The notes under the pieces are model-generated. The model was not told the DNA's origin. It searched no databases and was given only the letters and a program-made list of their open reading frames with translations. Below, in pieces: positions 13,513 through 28,830 of a stretch of 64,000 nt of DNA (position 1 is the first letter of the stretch; each line of letters starts with the position of its first letter). The translations under genes and the position numbers were made by a program. Source of the stretch: the human T2T-CHM13v2.0 reference genome, Homo sapiens; the NCBI RefSeq assembly GCF_009914755.1, contig NC_060928.1; one strand, 5' to 3'.

Positions 13513-15599
13513 ATAATAAACAAAAAACTAAATGTCAACAAATACACAAATCAGAAATAACCATCAAATATCTCATCAAACAAAGGAATTATGCAGGTAA
13601 TATAACTGCAGGGTTATCTAGGTCATCTAATCATAGCCCATGTTTTCCTGCTTCTTGGTCTATGATATTGTTTATTTCTTTATGGAGTAATTGAAATAAT
13701 TTGAATTGTTTTACTTAGTGCTTCTCTATAGAGATAGTATTGCATTTCAAGCAGATTTTACTTTAAGAAAAAATTGTGAGCTGAATATCTCATTTTATTT
13801 GTACTTAATAGCTTTCATCTTATTGCATGTAGTTATGCTTTCTTTATTGTTTTTGATGATTTTCACTCCAGATTTACCTGCATGGTGGGGTCCACAAGGA
13901 ACAGTTTCTTGTGAATTACACAAATATTAATTGATTTCTGTTCGAATGCCTCAGGTATGTGTTGTCAAAAAGTGAAACATATTTTCATATTTTAATGAAT
14001 ATAAACAGTAGATAACATATCCATTGTGGAACATTAATAAAAGCAATTTTTGATACTTCTTAAATTAAGAGGAAAAAATAAAAATTCAAATAACCTAATT
14101 TTCTTTCATGGGGGATATGGACATAAAAATCAGCTTGTTTTTGCATTTTGGAAAAACACTGAAGAATGGATTATAAGAGAATCCTGCATTGTATATATTA
14201 TGTAACAGTAGATTACATCTCTTTTCTTTTTCTATGCCACTCTCACCGTTCAGAAGAGTTTGTTTATGGGAGGCCTCATTAATGGTTCTTTACAGCTGAC
14301 CCCTGCTGTAGAGGGTATTACCACTCCACAGGTTTCTATCACACAATTTTCTGGGTATGTCAAAAGCATATGTCAGAGCAGAAAGGGCAGAGATAAACCT
14401 TAGGGATTCTAAAGAGTGACACCTGGCTGGAATTCAATTTGTCAGGAAATGTAAAGCTCTGTTGCAGTGCACCAAGAAGCTTGGGTTAGCTTAAAATGAC
14501 TCATTAGCCAGAGTTTAAAATTAACACTAAGGACCCTCTGTGACAGTGTTTAAACTCTGTACAAACATAATACTGAAATATTTAAACCCAGTGCAAATTA
14601 TGTTTTGATTCAAGACAATGAATATGTTAATTAAACTGGCACTGAAAATGTAAATATTTCAGCTAGTTTCACATTAACTTTAAAACCCTGGGAATTATAT
14701 TGTACATTTCTAATCTTTCATAATGATGGAATTCAAAATGTTATTGTTGTGTTTATAAAGGAGTCCATTTTTAGGCAGCATATTCATTATGAGACAATAG
14801 TTACACATCTAATTCCACAGTAGGGAATGGATTCAAAGGTTCAATATTGTATACAATGATAATAATAGATTTTATTAAAAACGTCAATGTGACATAATAT
14901 GGGATTCTGAAATCTAAAGTCATACAAAAAAGAAAGTATCACAAGTATGTGATATTTTAAATTATACTTTAGCAGATACTGTAGGCGACTTATTTTGATA
15001 ATAAAGTAAATTGCCATTCTCATTAAACTAAAAGCAGTGTTCCTTTTAGGGGAAAAATGTTATGCTTTATCTAAGAAGGAACAATAAACAAAAACAAAAA
15101 CAAAACACATTGATTTTCTGAAGTATGTGTGTAAATGTGTTTAAATTACTGATAGATCCACATTTCCTTGAAAATCCACTTGATTTTATCTCTCAGTTTT
15201 GCAATTAAAGAAAATAGATAAAAATGAACAGAAAAATAAACATACACTCAAGATAATCCTATTTTGTGAAGGTGGTTGTGGGATAAGGAAGAAAAAAGGA
15301 GATGATTAATAAATATAAATGCTGCAGATACAAACTGCCTCACTTCCAAAATAGCAATTCCAATTAAATATTTTTAAATATCAACAGATTCCACCAGCAT
15401 TTAAGCCTATTTTTAAAATTCAACAAAAGATAACTAAACTTCAAATTACAGAATTTTTAATAAATTTGGTGGCATTGATTTTCTAATATTCAGTAAGAGA
15501 TACCAAGTTATTATATTTTTTATACCAAATTGTTAAGCAAAGTGATGTCAACATTAGATCAAGAAAAGATGAAAGTACTTTACGTAAAATGGTAAGAAT

Positions 15600-15890
15600 T
15601 ATTTGTTTTTTGGCAAATAGTTCCTTCCATTCCATTGGTTGCCTTTTCACTCTGTTGATGGGTTCTTTCGCTGTGCAGAAGTTTTTTAGCTTGATCTCGT
15701 CCCACTTGTCTACATTTGCTTTTATTGCTTGTGCTTTTGATGTTGTATCCATGAAATCATTTCAAAGACCAATGTCATGGAGCTTTCCCCTTGTTTCTTT
15801 CTACGAGTTTTCTAGTTTCAGCTCTTATATTTAATTGTTTTATTCATTTGAGTTGATTTTTGCATACAGTAGAAGGGTCTAATTTCTACC
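15600..15890 (-). mobile_element. L1M ORF2 fragment
   Basis: ORF 15483-15752(-) [40 protein letters not shown] matches L1 ORF2p. Confidence 0.85.
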
Positions 15891-15910
15891 CTTCTCCTAT
15901 TGTATACTCT

Positions 15911-16392
15911 TGTGGGAGGTATCCTCTAATATAACCCCCAATAATCTCTGCCTACTTGTAATCACGCCTTTGTGTTTCCTGCCCTTGAGTATGACCTAGG
16001 CCTACTGATAAAATAAAGCAAAACTGATGAGGTAGCTTTTCTAAGATCGGGTTATAAAAAGAGACTTGACTTTAGGCTTTGATACCCCCTCCTGTTCACT
16101 TAGAAGGAAGTCAGCTGCCAAGTTTTAATCTATGCTGTAGAGAGGCCTTCATGACAAGGAATTAAGACAGACCTTCAACAAACCACCAGCAAGGCAAATC
16201 CTCTTCCAGTCAAGTCTTCAAATGAGATGACAGCCCCAACCTACACCATGATTAGCAGCCTTCTTAGAGACCTCAAGATAAGTCAGACTTGAATTCTTTA
16301 ATCATTAAAATTGTGACAAAAATGAATACGCATTATTTTAAGCCCCTAAGTTTTGGGATTAATTTCTTACATATGAATAGATACCTAAAACA
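15911..16392 (+). mobile_element. MaLR LTR (MLT1F/G-like)
   Basis: Starts TGTGGGAGG..CCTCTAA..CCCCCAATAATCTCTGCCT; ends TTTTAAGCCCCTAAGTTTTGGG...AATAGATACCTAAAACA. Confidence 0.75.
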
Positions 16393-17249
16393 ACCTTGTT
16401 TACCCTGATGTTTCATACAGAACTTGTCAATCAGTGAACAAAGATTACAGAGTCCACAATGGGTGTTAAAAGGAAATTTGAGAGTTAATTTCTGCCATTG
16501 AGTTAACTAACTGAGATCTGTTATTTAATCTGTTGCTGCTGATTATTGGTGACCATGGGAAGCTGGTGCTAGAGACACATATAAATCATAATATGTGTCA
16601 TTTTATGTTTTACTCTAATTGTCAAAAACTTAATATGGCATTTTAAGATCCTTATAGTAGACACAGGTTAATTTTATTTTTTAGTATACAATACACCGTC
16701 TGAAAATCAGCCCTAGGCACACAAATACTCTGAAAATCAGAACTGTATTTCTTTTTTTCCTATAGTTGACTTGCAAGCTTCCCCTGTTCCCAAACTGATA
16801 AAGATCAAATAGATATAAATATAGGTATAGATATAAAATCTTTTACTTTCATATTTAACAAGTGTTTACTGAATGCCTCAAATATACCTGCTATCTACTG
16901 ACTGACAAACATAGAGTCAAAGAAGATTCTTTAGAACTTCTCAGGTGCCACAAGGTTTCACTGGACAGAAGAGGTCTGGGAAGGTTAGGAAGGGGGACTG
17001 TTGTGGCAAAAACTCCCACTGCTTTGAAAACAGGATTTGAAAATTGTGGGCATGGTCACATTCACAAACACATACAAACATACAAACATGTCCCTCAATC
17101 CTAGTTAGAAATGACTAGGAAAATGTTAGTCCTGATCACGATCTGCTTCCATACCATCCAGCCATTTATTTATCTCTGTATCAAATCAAGATAAACTGAA
17201 GTGGCCCTGGGGCTTAAGTGTTTTCACTTATGTGTGATAACATATCAAG

Positions 17250-17476
17250 TGCCCCATAAGAGGACAGAGAGATTGCTCACTCTCTTTTTATCATGTGAAG
17301 ATACAATGAGAAATTGGCAGTCTGCAGCCTGGAAAAGGGCCCTCACCAGAACAGAGCCATGCTGGCACACTGATCTTGAACTTCCATTATTCAGAACTGT
17401 GAGAAATGAATTTCTGTTTGTTTATAAGCCATGAAGTCTGTGGTACTTTTGTTACAGCAGAACAAGCTAATATACT
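17250..17476 (+). mobile_element. MaLR LTR 3' part (MLT1A/MST-like)
   Basis: GCCCTCACCAGA..CATGCTGGCAC..TGATCTTGAACTTCC..CAGAACTGTGAGAAATGAATTTCTGTT..TATAAGCCA. Confidence 0.75.
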
Positions 17477-17699
17477 ACAGTATTTAAAACTCCTTGCACA
17501 AGACTGAGATTCTCTTTCTTGTTGTCATATGCCATCCTATAAAATGTATTTCCAGTGATTTCACTGAAGGTTAAAATAACTTATCTTACTACAGCGATAG
17601 GGTTTAATCCTACCCTATTTAATCATTAATTCATGTAGACTGTATTTCCTAAGATTCCATAAAATGTATGCAGGGCAACATAACTCGTAATTCTTAGTA

Positions 17700-20600
17700 A
17701 AATGTGTTTTTATAATGTAAAAGAATCAATCAGAAAGACATAAATTTTTAAATGTATATGCACCAGACAGCAGAGCCCAAAAATACGTACAGCAAAAACT
17801 TACAGAACTAAAAAAGTAGACAAATCCATAATTTGTCTCCACCTCCCCCTTTTGGCAATTGTTATAATTATTGAACAGAAAATCAGCAAGGATATGGAAG
17901 AAATTAATTACACAAACAACCACCAGAATCTAACTGACATATAGAACACTCCAGGCAACACCGGCGAATAAAGAATTTTTTATCAAGCACCTACAGGATA
18001 TTCACCAAGGTGGACCGTATCAGGGCCATAAAACAAACCTGAGAAAACATAAAGAACCAAAATTACGTAAGGCATATTCTCTGGCCATAATGGAATCAAG
18101 CTAGAAACAATTAAAAGACAAGAAGGAAGTCTCCAAACACATGAAAATGAACAAAACGCTTCTAAATAACTCATGAATGCAAGAAAAAGTGTCAAAATAA
18201 GTTTCAAAAACATAATTGAATGAAAACAAAAATAGAACATATCAAAATATGTCGAATACAGGTAACATAGTACTAAGAGGAACATTTTAAATATTTGCAT
18301 TCGAGACAAAGAAAGGTCTTAAATTAATAACTTATGTTCAAACTTCAGGAGAAAGAAAGAAGCACAAAATAAAGCAAGCTGAATGAAGGAAATTATAATT
18401 GTGAAAATCAATAAAAATGACCAGAGAAAAACAATAAAAAGATCAATGAAACTAAAAGCTAGTTCTTCACAAAACCAATAAAATTGACAAATGTCAGGAA
18501 GATAGAGGTAAAAAGAGAGAAGACTCAAGTTACCAATAGTGGGAATGTAACCAGGAATATCCATTAGAGACTCTGCAGACATTAAAAGGATAATGAGAGA
18601 TTACTTTAAGTTGCCTTATACCATAAATCATACAATTTAGAAGAAATGGTCTTTGGATCACACACTACTAAGACTTAGCAAGATAAAACAGATACTCTGA
18701 ATAGTCTTACAACGACTTAAAAATGGAATTTTTAAAAATTAAACTCCTCCCTCAGAAAACTCTAGACAAGATGATTTCACTGGAGAATTCTATCAAATAA
18801 TTAACATAATTTTAGACAATGTCTTCTAGAAAATAGACAATGAGAAACACTTTCTAACTCATTTTATGAGGCCAGTATTAGCCCGATAACAAAGGTAGAC
18901 AGTACAAAAATTAAATTATAGATGAATAGCTCTTATGATCTTAGGAAAAAATAATTCTAAACAGAATGTTATAAAATTTAATCCAGTAATTTATGAAAAA
19001 ATTATATCCCAATATCAAATGGGATTTATTCTAGGTGTATAAGGCTGGTTTAATTTTAAAAAGTAATACACCACATCAACTCTTTAAGAGAAAAGCTGTA
19101 TAATCACAACAACTGATACATAAAAAGCATTTGGCAAAATCTAGCACCCATTTTTAATAGAAAATCAAAGCAAATAAATAAGAACAGAATTTCTTATGTT
19201 TGTATTTTCCCCAAATTCGTATTTTGAAGTCCTAACTCCCAGTACCTCAGAATATGACTTTATTTGGAAACAGGGTATTTAAATGAGTAAATTTAAATGA
19301 GGTCACTGGGGTAAGCCCTAAGGCAATATGACTAGGGTCATTATAAGAAGAGAAGACAAGTGCACAGGCACACACAGAGGAAAGATCACATGAAGACATA
19401 GAGAAAAGACAGCCGTCTACAAGCCAAGGAGAAAGACTTCAGAAAAAGAGACCTACAGACCCTTTATCTTGAGCTTCTAGCCTCCAGAACTGTAAGAACA
19501 TAAATTTCTGTTGTTTATACCATCCAGACTGTGGTGCTTTGTTATGACAGTCCTGGCAAATTAATAAACTTCCTCAATTTGATTAAGGAACAGCTACAAA
19601 GAATCTACAGGTAACATCATAGTTAACATTGAAAAGCTAAATGCTTTTTCACTAAATTTATGAGCAAAGCAAGGATGTTGACTTTCACCACTCTCTTATT
19701 AAACATAGTGCTGGAAGTTCTAACCAGCACCATAAAGCAAGAAAATAAAAAAAGGGTTTACTGATTGATAAGAAAGAAATTCTACAAAAAAAGTCTTAGA
19801 ACTAAGAAGTGAGTTTGGCAAGGCTGAGTGATATATCAATATATGAAAATAAATAACATTTCTATACACTAAAAATAAATATGTGAGGGCTGAAATTAAA
19901 AAAAACACTGAAAATTGCTTTAAGGAAAGTGAAACATTCAGATAGAAACCTAACAAAATATCTATAGGATTTATACTCTGAAAATTACAAAATTCTGATG
20001 AAAGAAATCAAAGAAGATCCAAATAAATGTAGAGACAGTCCACATTTGTAAATTTGAAGACTAACAATAAAGGTGTTAAACCATTCCAAATTCACCTATA
20101 GATTAAATGCAATTCCTTTCAAATTCCTAGTAAGTAGTTAAGTAGCCTAGAAAACTTTATCCTGAGATTTACATGGGAAGACAAAAAACCTAGAAGGCTA
20201 AAACATATTTTTATATATGTGAACTAAATGAGAGGAATAACTGTTATCTGATAATAGGTCCTATTGGAATCTGAATGAAGACTGTGGTATTAGTGGAAAG
20301 AGGATCACATAGATCAATGAAACAGGATAGAGAGAACTGGAATAAAAACCAACAAATATGTGCCTAGCGGAGGTGAACAAAAATGGAAAGGCAATTCAGT
20401 GGGAGAGGTATAGTCTTTTCAACGAACGGTGTTAAAGCATTTGAAGATTCACAGGCAAAAAAACAAAAAAACAAAAAAAAACCTTGAACCTAAATATCAC
20501 ACATTATTACAAAACTCGACTAAAATGAATTATGAATTCAAATTGAAAACCTGAAATTGTAAAATGTTTACAAAAATGCATAGGAGAAACTCTTTGGGAC

Positions 20601-21795
20601 TTAGAGATAGGTGAAAAGGTCTTAGACTTGTCTAAGTCTGTAAAAGAAAAATTTGATAATTAGATTTCACAAGAATTAAAAACTTTTTCTCTGTGAATGA
20701 CCCTGTGGAGAGGGTAAAAATGAGCTACGGACAGAAGAAAACAAAACAGAAACACCTCGATAGCCACATATCCAAAATAAGAATTGTATTTAGAATATGT
20801 AAAGATATCTAGTCAACAAAAACAACAAAATGATTCAATGAGAAAACAGGCAAAAGATAAAACAGATATTTTAACTGAAGGGGGTATAGAGATAGCAGAT
20901 AAACACATGAAAATATATGAACATTGTTACTCATCAGAAAAATGCAAATTAAAATGATACTAATATTTACTTCACACCTATTAAAATGGTTGAAATATAA
21001 AATAGTGATTGCATCAGATGCTATCTAGGATGTGGAAGGCCTAGAGCTGTGATACACTGTTGGTTGGAGTGTAAAGTAAAGACAGCCATTCCCAAAATTA
21101 TATGTAACAGTTAAAAAATGTCCACATACCATATGACAAATCAATTGTATTCTTGATCATTCTTCCAAGAGAAATGAAAACATGCTCACCTGAAAATCTG
21201 TACACCAATGTTCACTGCAGCTTTAAGTTTAATACTCCAAATACAGAAACAACAAATATGTCATTCAATGGATAAATACGTTAAATACACTGTAGTCCAT
21301 CCATACTACGGAATATTAGTCTCAAAAAGGAAAATTTGAATGGATTTTAAGGAAACTATTCTGAGCGAAAAAATAGTCTCCAAAGGTTGTATATGATTGC
21401 ATTTATATAACAATCTTAAAATTATAGAGATAGAGAAGAGATTAGTGATTGTCAAGTGTTACAGGCAGAGTAAGGGAGGAGGATAGCTGTCACTATAAAA
21501 GAGTAACAAGCAGAAGCTCTGTGATAGAACTATCCTGTGTCTTGACTGTGGTGATGGTCACACAAATGTAAGATAAAATGTTTTAGCACTAAATATACAC
21601 ACTGGTGAATTCTGAATAAGCTTTAGTGACTGTAGCCATGCCAATTTCCTGCTTGTGATATTACTGTGTACTATAGTTATACAAGATGTCACAATGGGGA
21701 AAACTGGGTGAACTGGGTGATGGTTATACAGAATTTCTCTAACTTACTTCTTCAAACTACATGTTAATTATAATTACCTAAAATAAAAAGTAAAA
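17700..21795 (+). mobile_element. Old L1M (L1MC/MD-type) ORF2 plus 3' UTR, heavily decayed, interrupted by MLT1B
   Basis: A-rich sense strand with recognisable ORF2 segments (AATGTATATGCACC, TTTTATGAGGCCAGTATT, GGGATTTATTCTAGG, CTGGAAGTTCTAACCAG, ATGCAAATTAAAA) and an L1MC-like 3' end ACTATAGTTATACAAGATGTCAC..GGGAAAACTGGGTGA. No intact ORF. Confidence 0.85.
19195..19568 (+). mobile_element. MLT1B LTR nested in L1M
   Basis: TTGAAGTCCTAACTCCCAGTACCTCAGAATATGAC..TTTGGAAACAGGG; CTACAAGCCAAGGAGA; CTTCTAGCCTCCAGAACTGT. Confidence 0.85.
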
Positions 21796-21824
21796 TAGTA
21801 TCTTTAACAATAATTAGAACTTAG

Positions 21825-22070
21825 CGAGCATAAACATAACAGCTGTTTACCACACAAGTGCAGTGCTAAGCTCTTAAAAATATCATAATTTTTTATTGTT
21901 GCAAGAGCTGTATGACACAGGCACATGCTATCAAAATCTAATTTACAAATAAAAACATTGGTGTTTTGAAAGATAATAAAATTTGCCTAAGAGGATATAG
22001 CTTAAGAGTAAGAAAGGAGGAATGTAAACTCATGTTAAGAGGACAGAGAGGTCCTTGACTATAACACCTT
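21825..22070 (-). mobile_element. MIR
   Basis: Antisense MIR features CAGTGCTAAG, ATTTACAAATAAAAACATTG, AATTTGCCTAAG. Confidence 0.6.
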
Positions 22071-22834
22071 TCTGTTTTTTTTAAAAAAGCAAGTTTATTA
22101 TCTTATATGTCCTTTATATTTATACTTGGCATAATTGTGGCACTAACTCTATAAATATTTATAAGTAAGTGAATGCAGTCATTAAACCATCAAATTTTAT
22201 TCTCTGAAAGCATGGACGTAATGGTGTAAGGGGAAGAATAAACTCTCAATTCCGTCAAGTCATGTAATTTGGAAAACTAAATGCAAATCTCAGCTTCAGT
22301 TTCATGATTTCCTGACTAGAGAAATGGATGCTTCATATATCTTTTAAATTCTATCTCTCAAATATCAGATGTCTCAAGCAAGTTTTTGGCATCACAGTTA
22401 ATTTATGATTGACATTTTTAATGAGTGTCTGAAATGCCAATATTTTGTGTTGTTGATAAAACGATCCATATGTTTTACATTTCACACACTCAGGCAGCTG
22501 AATTGACATTCTGTTGTGAAATGTTAAGTTCCTGATATGATTTCACATCCAGGCAGTAGGCTAACCCATTTCCATAAGGAACTTAGAATATGTTCAAGAT
22601 TTCATTCCTGTTTTCATCTGAGACTTGGCGTTTTTAAGTACCTAGAATGTGCAAAGACAAATGCTGCAAATAGGTTGATCTTTATCAAGAATTGCAAATG
22701 CTATGTAGAAGAATTAACATTACTTGATAGTACGGGAGACTGAGCCAGTAATATCATATTGGAGAGCTTAGGAGATCTTCAGTCACTGGCACTTTAATAG
22801 GGACTTGTTGCTTGAGTGTAAGCTTTCCAGGCAA

Positions 22835-22950
22835 GAACTGTCAGCTTCAGGAGGGCAGGAAGTCGGTGTGTTTCCTTCATCAAACTATTTCGAACATTTA
22901 AAACAGTGCTTGGCATATAGTGAGAGGCACTTTATCAACAAAGCAGTTGA
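22835..22950 (+). mobile_element. L2 3' end
   Basis: CTGTCAGCTTCAGGAGGGCAGG...AACAGTGCTTGGCATATAGT, typical of the L2 terminus. Confidence 0.65.
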
Positions 22951-23875
22951 AAAATAATCTGGCAGATTTAATAGGCAAGCACATCTAAATTTTTTTATCT
23001 AATTATCATATGCCAATCCCTATTGCTGTGTTTATTTGAACTGTATCCCAATTAGCTTGGAATTAATATTCATACATTGTCTTCTCTCATTCTTAAACTT
23101 TGACTCAAATGCCTGAATATAGTATTTCAGATTTTTTTTCAACTTCCTTTTCAAACTCTCTTAATAATACCATAACTCCATTTCCTAGAATTTTCTAATT
23201 TATCTTTTGCTTTAAACATAGCAGAAGATAAAAAAATAATTTTTCTCAAGATGTCTTTTAAGATTGAGAGCACAAAAAATCACCTGTGCTTCTCCCATTC
23301 AAAATTTAATTCTATATTTTTCCTTCTTTAGAATAGCACAGATTAACACATTTCCCCCTTAGTAATCAACTTAAATTTGAAAAAAGATAATTTGCCAAAA
23401 TTTAACACCGGAACATATTTTTTTTAAAACACACACAAAAAATAATTTTTTAAAATAGAAACACTATTTTCAAATTTGAAAAGGTATCTCTTACAGGAAA
23501 CTCTTCCTGTCATATAGGAAATTAGCACTAATTTCCTATATGACAGGTCTTTCTGTCCTGCAAATGGACCAGACACAAATCAATAATGTCCATTAGTGGC
23601 ATTGTCTTCCAAGTTTTGCTATACATGATCCATCGCTTTTGTCACACTTTTTGTTTTTCTATATCAGGATGGAAATGTCATTGCAAATAATTCATTGTCT
23701 CACTTTCCGATATTAAAAGCTGAATCAAAGGATTTCATTCATTCATACTCATTTGCCTAAAATATGCTGATTTAGATAATTAGACTATAACAATAATGTA
23801 GACAATTATGGTTTCTAACAAAAAGGATTTAATGGTGTCCTTCTTGATCTGTAAGAGTTCGTAGCTATGGCAAAC

Positions 23876-24239
<364 letters not shown>

Positions 24240-24723
24240 TAACATTAAGAGTCATTTTGGAGAAACTTTCCAGTAGCTTTATGGTTTTAATTCAATCCTT
24301 CCAGAAGTTTAGGTCAGAAGTTTCTTTGCCTCAGCTCTCATTGTTATATCTATCCATCTGCACACACGTAATTGGATACCAAACACATATTACAAATCAT
24401 TGTAATTATACATTTAAGAAGATTTCTTGAAATTTTTCTCCTCCTCTTTTTCCTCTAAGATCCCATCATTTTTTGCATGAATTCTTACATTCCAACTATT
24501 CCTTATTTCTGTTTTATCTCTGCAATCATGCTTTACATTGCTATTAAAATTATCCAAGTTAAACACACATTTCTCAATGGTCACTTATTGTCTATAATAT
24601 GATGTTCAAAATTCTTATAATGGCTAAGATTAATTTAGCATCTTGTCATAAACCACTTTTTCAGGCTTGTTTCTTCCATCCACCATCCATACCACACTAC
24701 CCCAGACTACATACAAAACTCTT

Positions 24724-25071
<348 letters not shown>

Positions 25072-25939
25072 TTAGGCAAATTTCTCAGGTGAGTCCTTCT
25101 TTATGGGCACATTCTAGCCTAACCACCTTCCTTACTCTGCCAGCCACTTATTTTCCAGTATCTATTTCCATAAAGAAAAAAAGACAGAATGCTAAGAGAG
25201 GAAGGGAGGAAGGGAAGAAAAAATAAAGAGTTTTGAGTACAGAAAATATTATTGATAGGTTCTAGGCATAGTTCTAATGATGAGATAACTCCTATAAAAT
25301 GACATTTTTGTATGGTACTTTTCCTTTTTTGTATATGATTTATTCATCAATCTATCTTTCTGCTTTATGTAATTAGATATGTACTATGTATTTACAATTA
25401 ATAAGGAATTAAATATTCTCTATGTATTTGCTTCTCTACCTTTTTAAAAAAAATGTAAAAAAAAAATGGAGGAAAGGTAAAAGAATGTTAATTCACTTGT
25501 CCAGTAAAAATTTTAAGCAAAAATTTAGGAAGTTCATTCTTTTACCTTTTAACATTTGTTTTTATTGATTATAAAATAACTACACTGAAAATACAGAAAA
25601 AAATCAATCTGTATATGTATCTCTCTCTCTATCTAATCTACCTCATCTATCTACCTACCCATTCTCTAAAAGCCATGCTATAAGCCAGAGAAATTAACTG
25701 TTAAAGTTTTGCTATATTTCATTCATATATTTTTATTTAAAAAATAATTGGAAGCATATTAATACAATATCCTGCAAGCTTCTTTCTTTCCTAACAATAA
25801 ATCCTATATACGCTCCCAAAAACATTAAATATCCTTAGGAAACATGATTTTTTAATGAATAGAAAGTTTCCATTAAATAAGCATACTGGACTTATTGAAT
25901 CAAATTTTATTAATAAATATAGATTATTTTCACCTTTTA

Positions 25940-26212
<273 letters not shown>

Positions 26213-26949
26213 TTAAATAATGAAATAAATGCAAATTAATAAGCAGTACAGTTTTTTTGTGTGAACCAGAATTTTTTATTGATTTCCATTCAATTTTACA
26301 ATTGTAAACATAAATATGTATTATAAAGTGCCTTTATATAATACTTTAATGAAGTTACTGTACATCATTTTGTCCACTTACACAGGATAATTTGTTGGAC
26401 TCTTTTTTATCAATTAGAGATGTTAACATTTGGAATGAAATATATAGTTTGTGTATCTTTTTCTCAGCTGATAATATTAATTTAAATTTAATTTAGTTTT
26501 AACACAATTCTCATTGAACCTAACATCAATTATATCTCAGATATACTTTATGATTTTTCTCCTTAGATTTTTTTCTTAGAATGATATTTCTTGCTTTTTG
26601 ACAGGACATTCAGTTTTTAAATTATTCTTTTAAGTTTTAATTTAATTCTATTTAAGAATATTTTAATTTTTCACAATACATTCCCATTAAGAAATTATTG
26701 TAAGCTTCACTTCTGAGAAGAGGAATGAATATGTTAATATTAATCGTACTTAGGTTATGTCATTATATTTCCATTAACTTGTATATTTCACTCGGTTTTT
26801 AATACTTTGAGTACCACGCTTTCTAGGACTTATGATTTTTCTTGTTCAGTGTGAATGGTCATCTTTTAAATTAATTTTTTTCTTTGCTAGTTATTGGAAA
26901 AATATAAGATATTTTTACTAGTAGTGATTTTTAGAGCTCATACTTTTAG

Positions 26950-27670
26950 AATAAACTTTTATATTCTGGAATCATTTTAGATTACAGAAGTTTAAAGATA
27001 GTCCCGTTTTCTCTATTGTCAGCATCTTACATTATTACCAAGTTACATTTTTTACAACTAAGAAGACAAATTGGTGCATTACTATTAACCCAGCTCCAGA
27101 TTTTATTTGTATTTTATTTTTCCACTAATGTCCTTTTGTTTCAGGATACCACATTGCATTTAGTTGTTGTGTATCCTTAGTTGCCTCTGGTTTATGACAG
27201 TTTATTTTCTTGTTTATCATGGTCTTGACACTTTTGAGGAGTATTGGTCAGGTATTTTGTAAAATGTGTCTTAGTTTGAGATTCTCATATTTCTTTTCTC
27301 ACGGTTAGACCAGGGGTATAATTTTGGGGAGGAATACCACAGAGGTGAAGTACCTTTCTTATCATCTCATATCAGCAGTGCAAGCTATCAGCATGACTTA
27401 TCATTGATAACATTCACTTGATCATTTTGTTAAAAGTTTTGTTTGCCAGGATTGTCCACTGTGAAGTTACCCATTTTTACCTCTTTCCCTACTATATTCC
27501 TTAGAAGCAAGTCTAAGTGCAGCCTACACTCAAGGGGGAATGGGTGAAAATTAATCTTTATCTCTCAGAGAGGCATTTATCAATATAAATTATTTGCAAT
27601 TCTTGGAAGAACGAATTTCTCGTCTTCCTATTATTTATTTAGCCAATCAATTATTTATGTTAATTATGAA
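26950..27670 (-). mobile_element. L1MC4-like 3' UTR
   Basis: CATTACTATTAAC, TTCCACTAATGTCCTTTT, CAGGATACCACATTGCATTTAGTTG, GAGGAGTATTGGTCAGGTATTTTGTAAAATG. Confidence 0.8.
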
Positions 27671-27849
27671 CTCAAAGTTTACAATTAAGTATTCAAAGTA
27701 CATTGTACTTGGTCATTGTGGTGATTTTACATGTAAAAAATATAGCTAATCTATTTCTCTGTCAATGTCAAGAATTAAACAATATTTCTTAATTCTATCC
27801 TCACTAATTCCAGGTCTCAGATACAGATTATTTTGAAACTCTTATTTTG

Positions 27850-28830
27850 CAATGTATTTTTTTCCATTTCTTCTTTCCTTAGTCAATAGGAATTGCATTC
27901 TACACTTACTGAGAGAAAAATCTTTTGAGTTACCCCTGACTCCTCTCCCATTCTCACCCCACATCAAATCAGTCACTAATTCAACACTTTCTTCAAATAT
28001 ATACAGAATCTAAACACTTCATACACACTTCATCTCAATCACCCATGATCACACCACTGCACTTCAGCCTTCATAATAGAGACCCTAAAACAAACAAACA
28101 AACAAAACAAAAAAAAAGGCCAATTGGCTAAATGGCAGCAACAATGATAATTCTTCTAATGTTATGTCATGTCATAGCACTTTTCACCTAATAATGGCAT
28201 AAGCCAAGTCCCAGTAAACATTTTTGGTCAAAGGCAAGTAAATAAACACTAGTTGCAGCTCTGCAGGCAGTAAACACCATGCACAACTATCCAGCTCTGC
28301 TGTTGTTGGCTGAAAGCATTCATATACAATGTGAATAATTGAGTTGTGTGTTTGTGTTCCCATAACACTTTCATTACAAAAATACTTGTTGAGAAGAATT
28401 TAATCAATAGGCATAATTTGCCAACTCCTGGCCTAAATAATCAGTTTCTTACTTTGACCTTCTTTCCTAACTCACTTCCTTCTTTTCCTTGAAACCAGCC
28501 AGGCAGTCTTCAACATCAAGTTCCTTGCTCTTTGCTGTTCTTTCTTTCTGGGAAGATCATCTCCAGGCTCACTCCATCACTTCCGTCAATTAAAAGGTCT
28601 CCTTAACACAAATAAGGCCTTTCATAATTGCCCATACTCTTTCTTCCCTTTTTCTGCTTTATTTTTCTTCGTGGCATTTATCACTGCCTGATGTATTTTT
28701 TTTATTATGGCTCCATTCTCCTCAGTAAAAAAATGTTACACAAGAGCAGGAAGGTACATGTTTTGGTCATTGTTGAATCCATAGAACCTAGCACATTGTT
28801 ATCTCTCAGTAAATATTATTGAATTAATTT
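27850..28830 (+). mobile_element. L2 relic interrupted by an Alu tail fragment (~28045-28118) and MER58A
   Basis: Pyrimidine-rich sense L2 segments (TGACTCCTCTC..CACCCCACATCAAATC; GCTCACTCC; AGAACCTAGCACA..CAGTAAATATTATTGAAT). Confidence 0.65.
28205..28430. mobile_element. MER58A (hAT-Charlie MITE)
   Basis: CAACTATCCAGCTCTGCTGTTG..GAAAGCA..TGTGTTCCCATAACACTTT..TAATTTGCCAACTCCTG. Confidence 0.7.
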
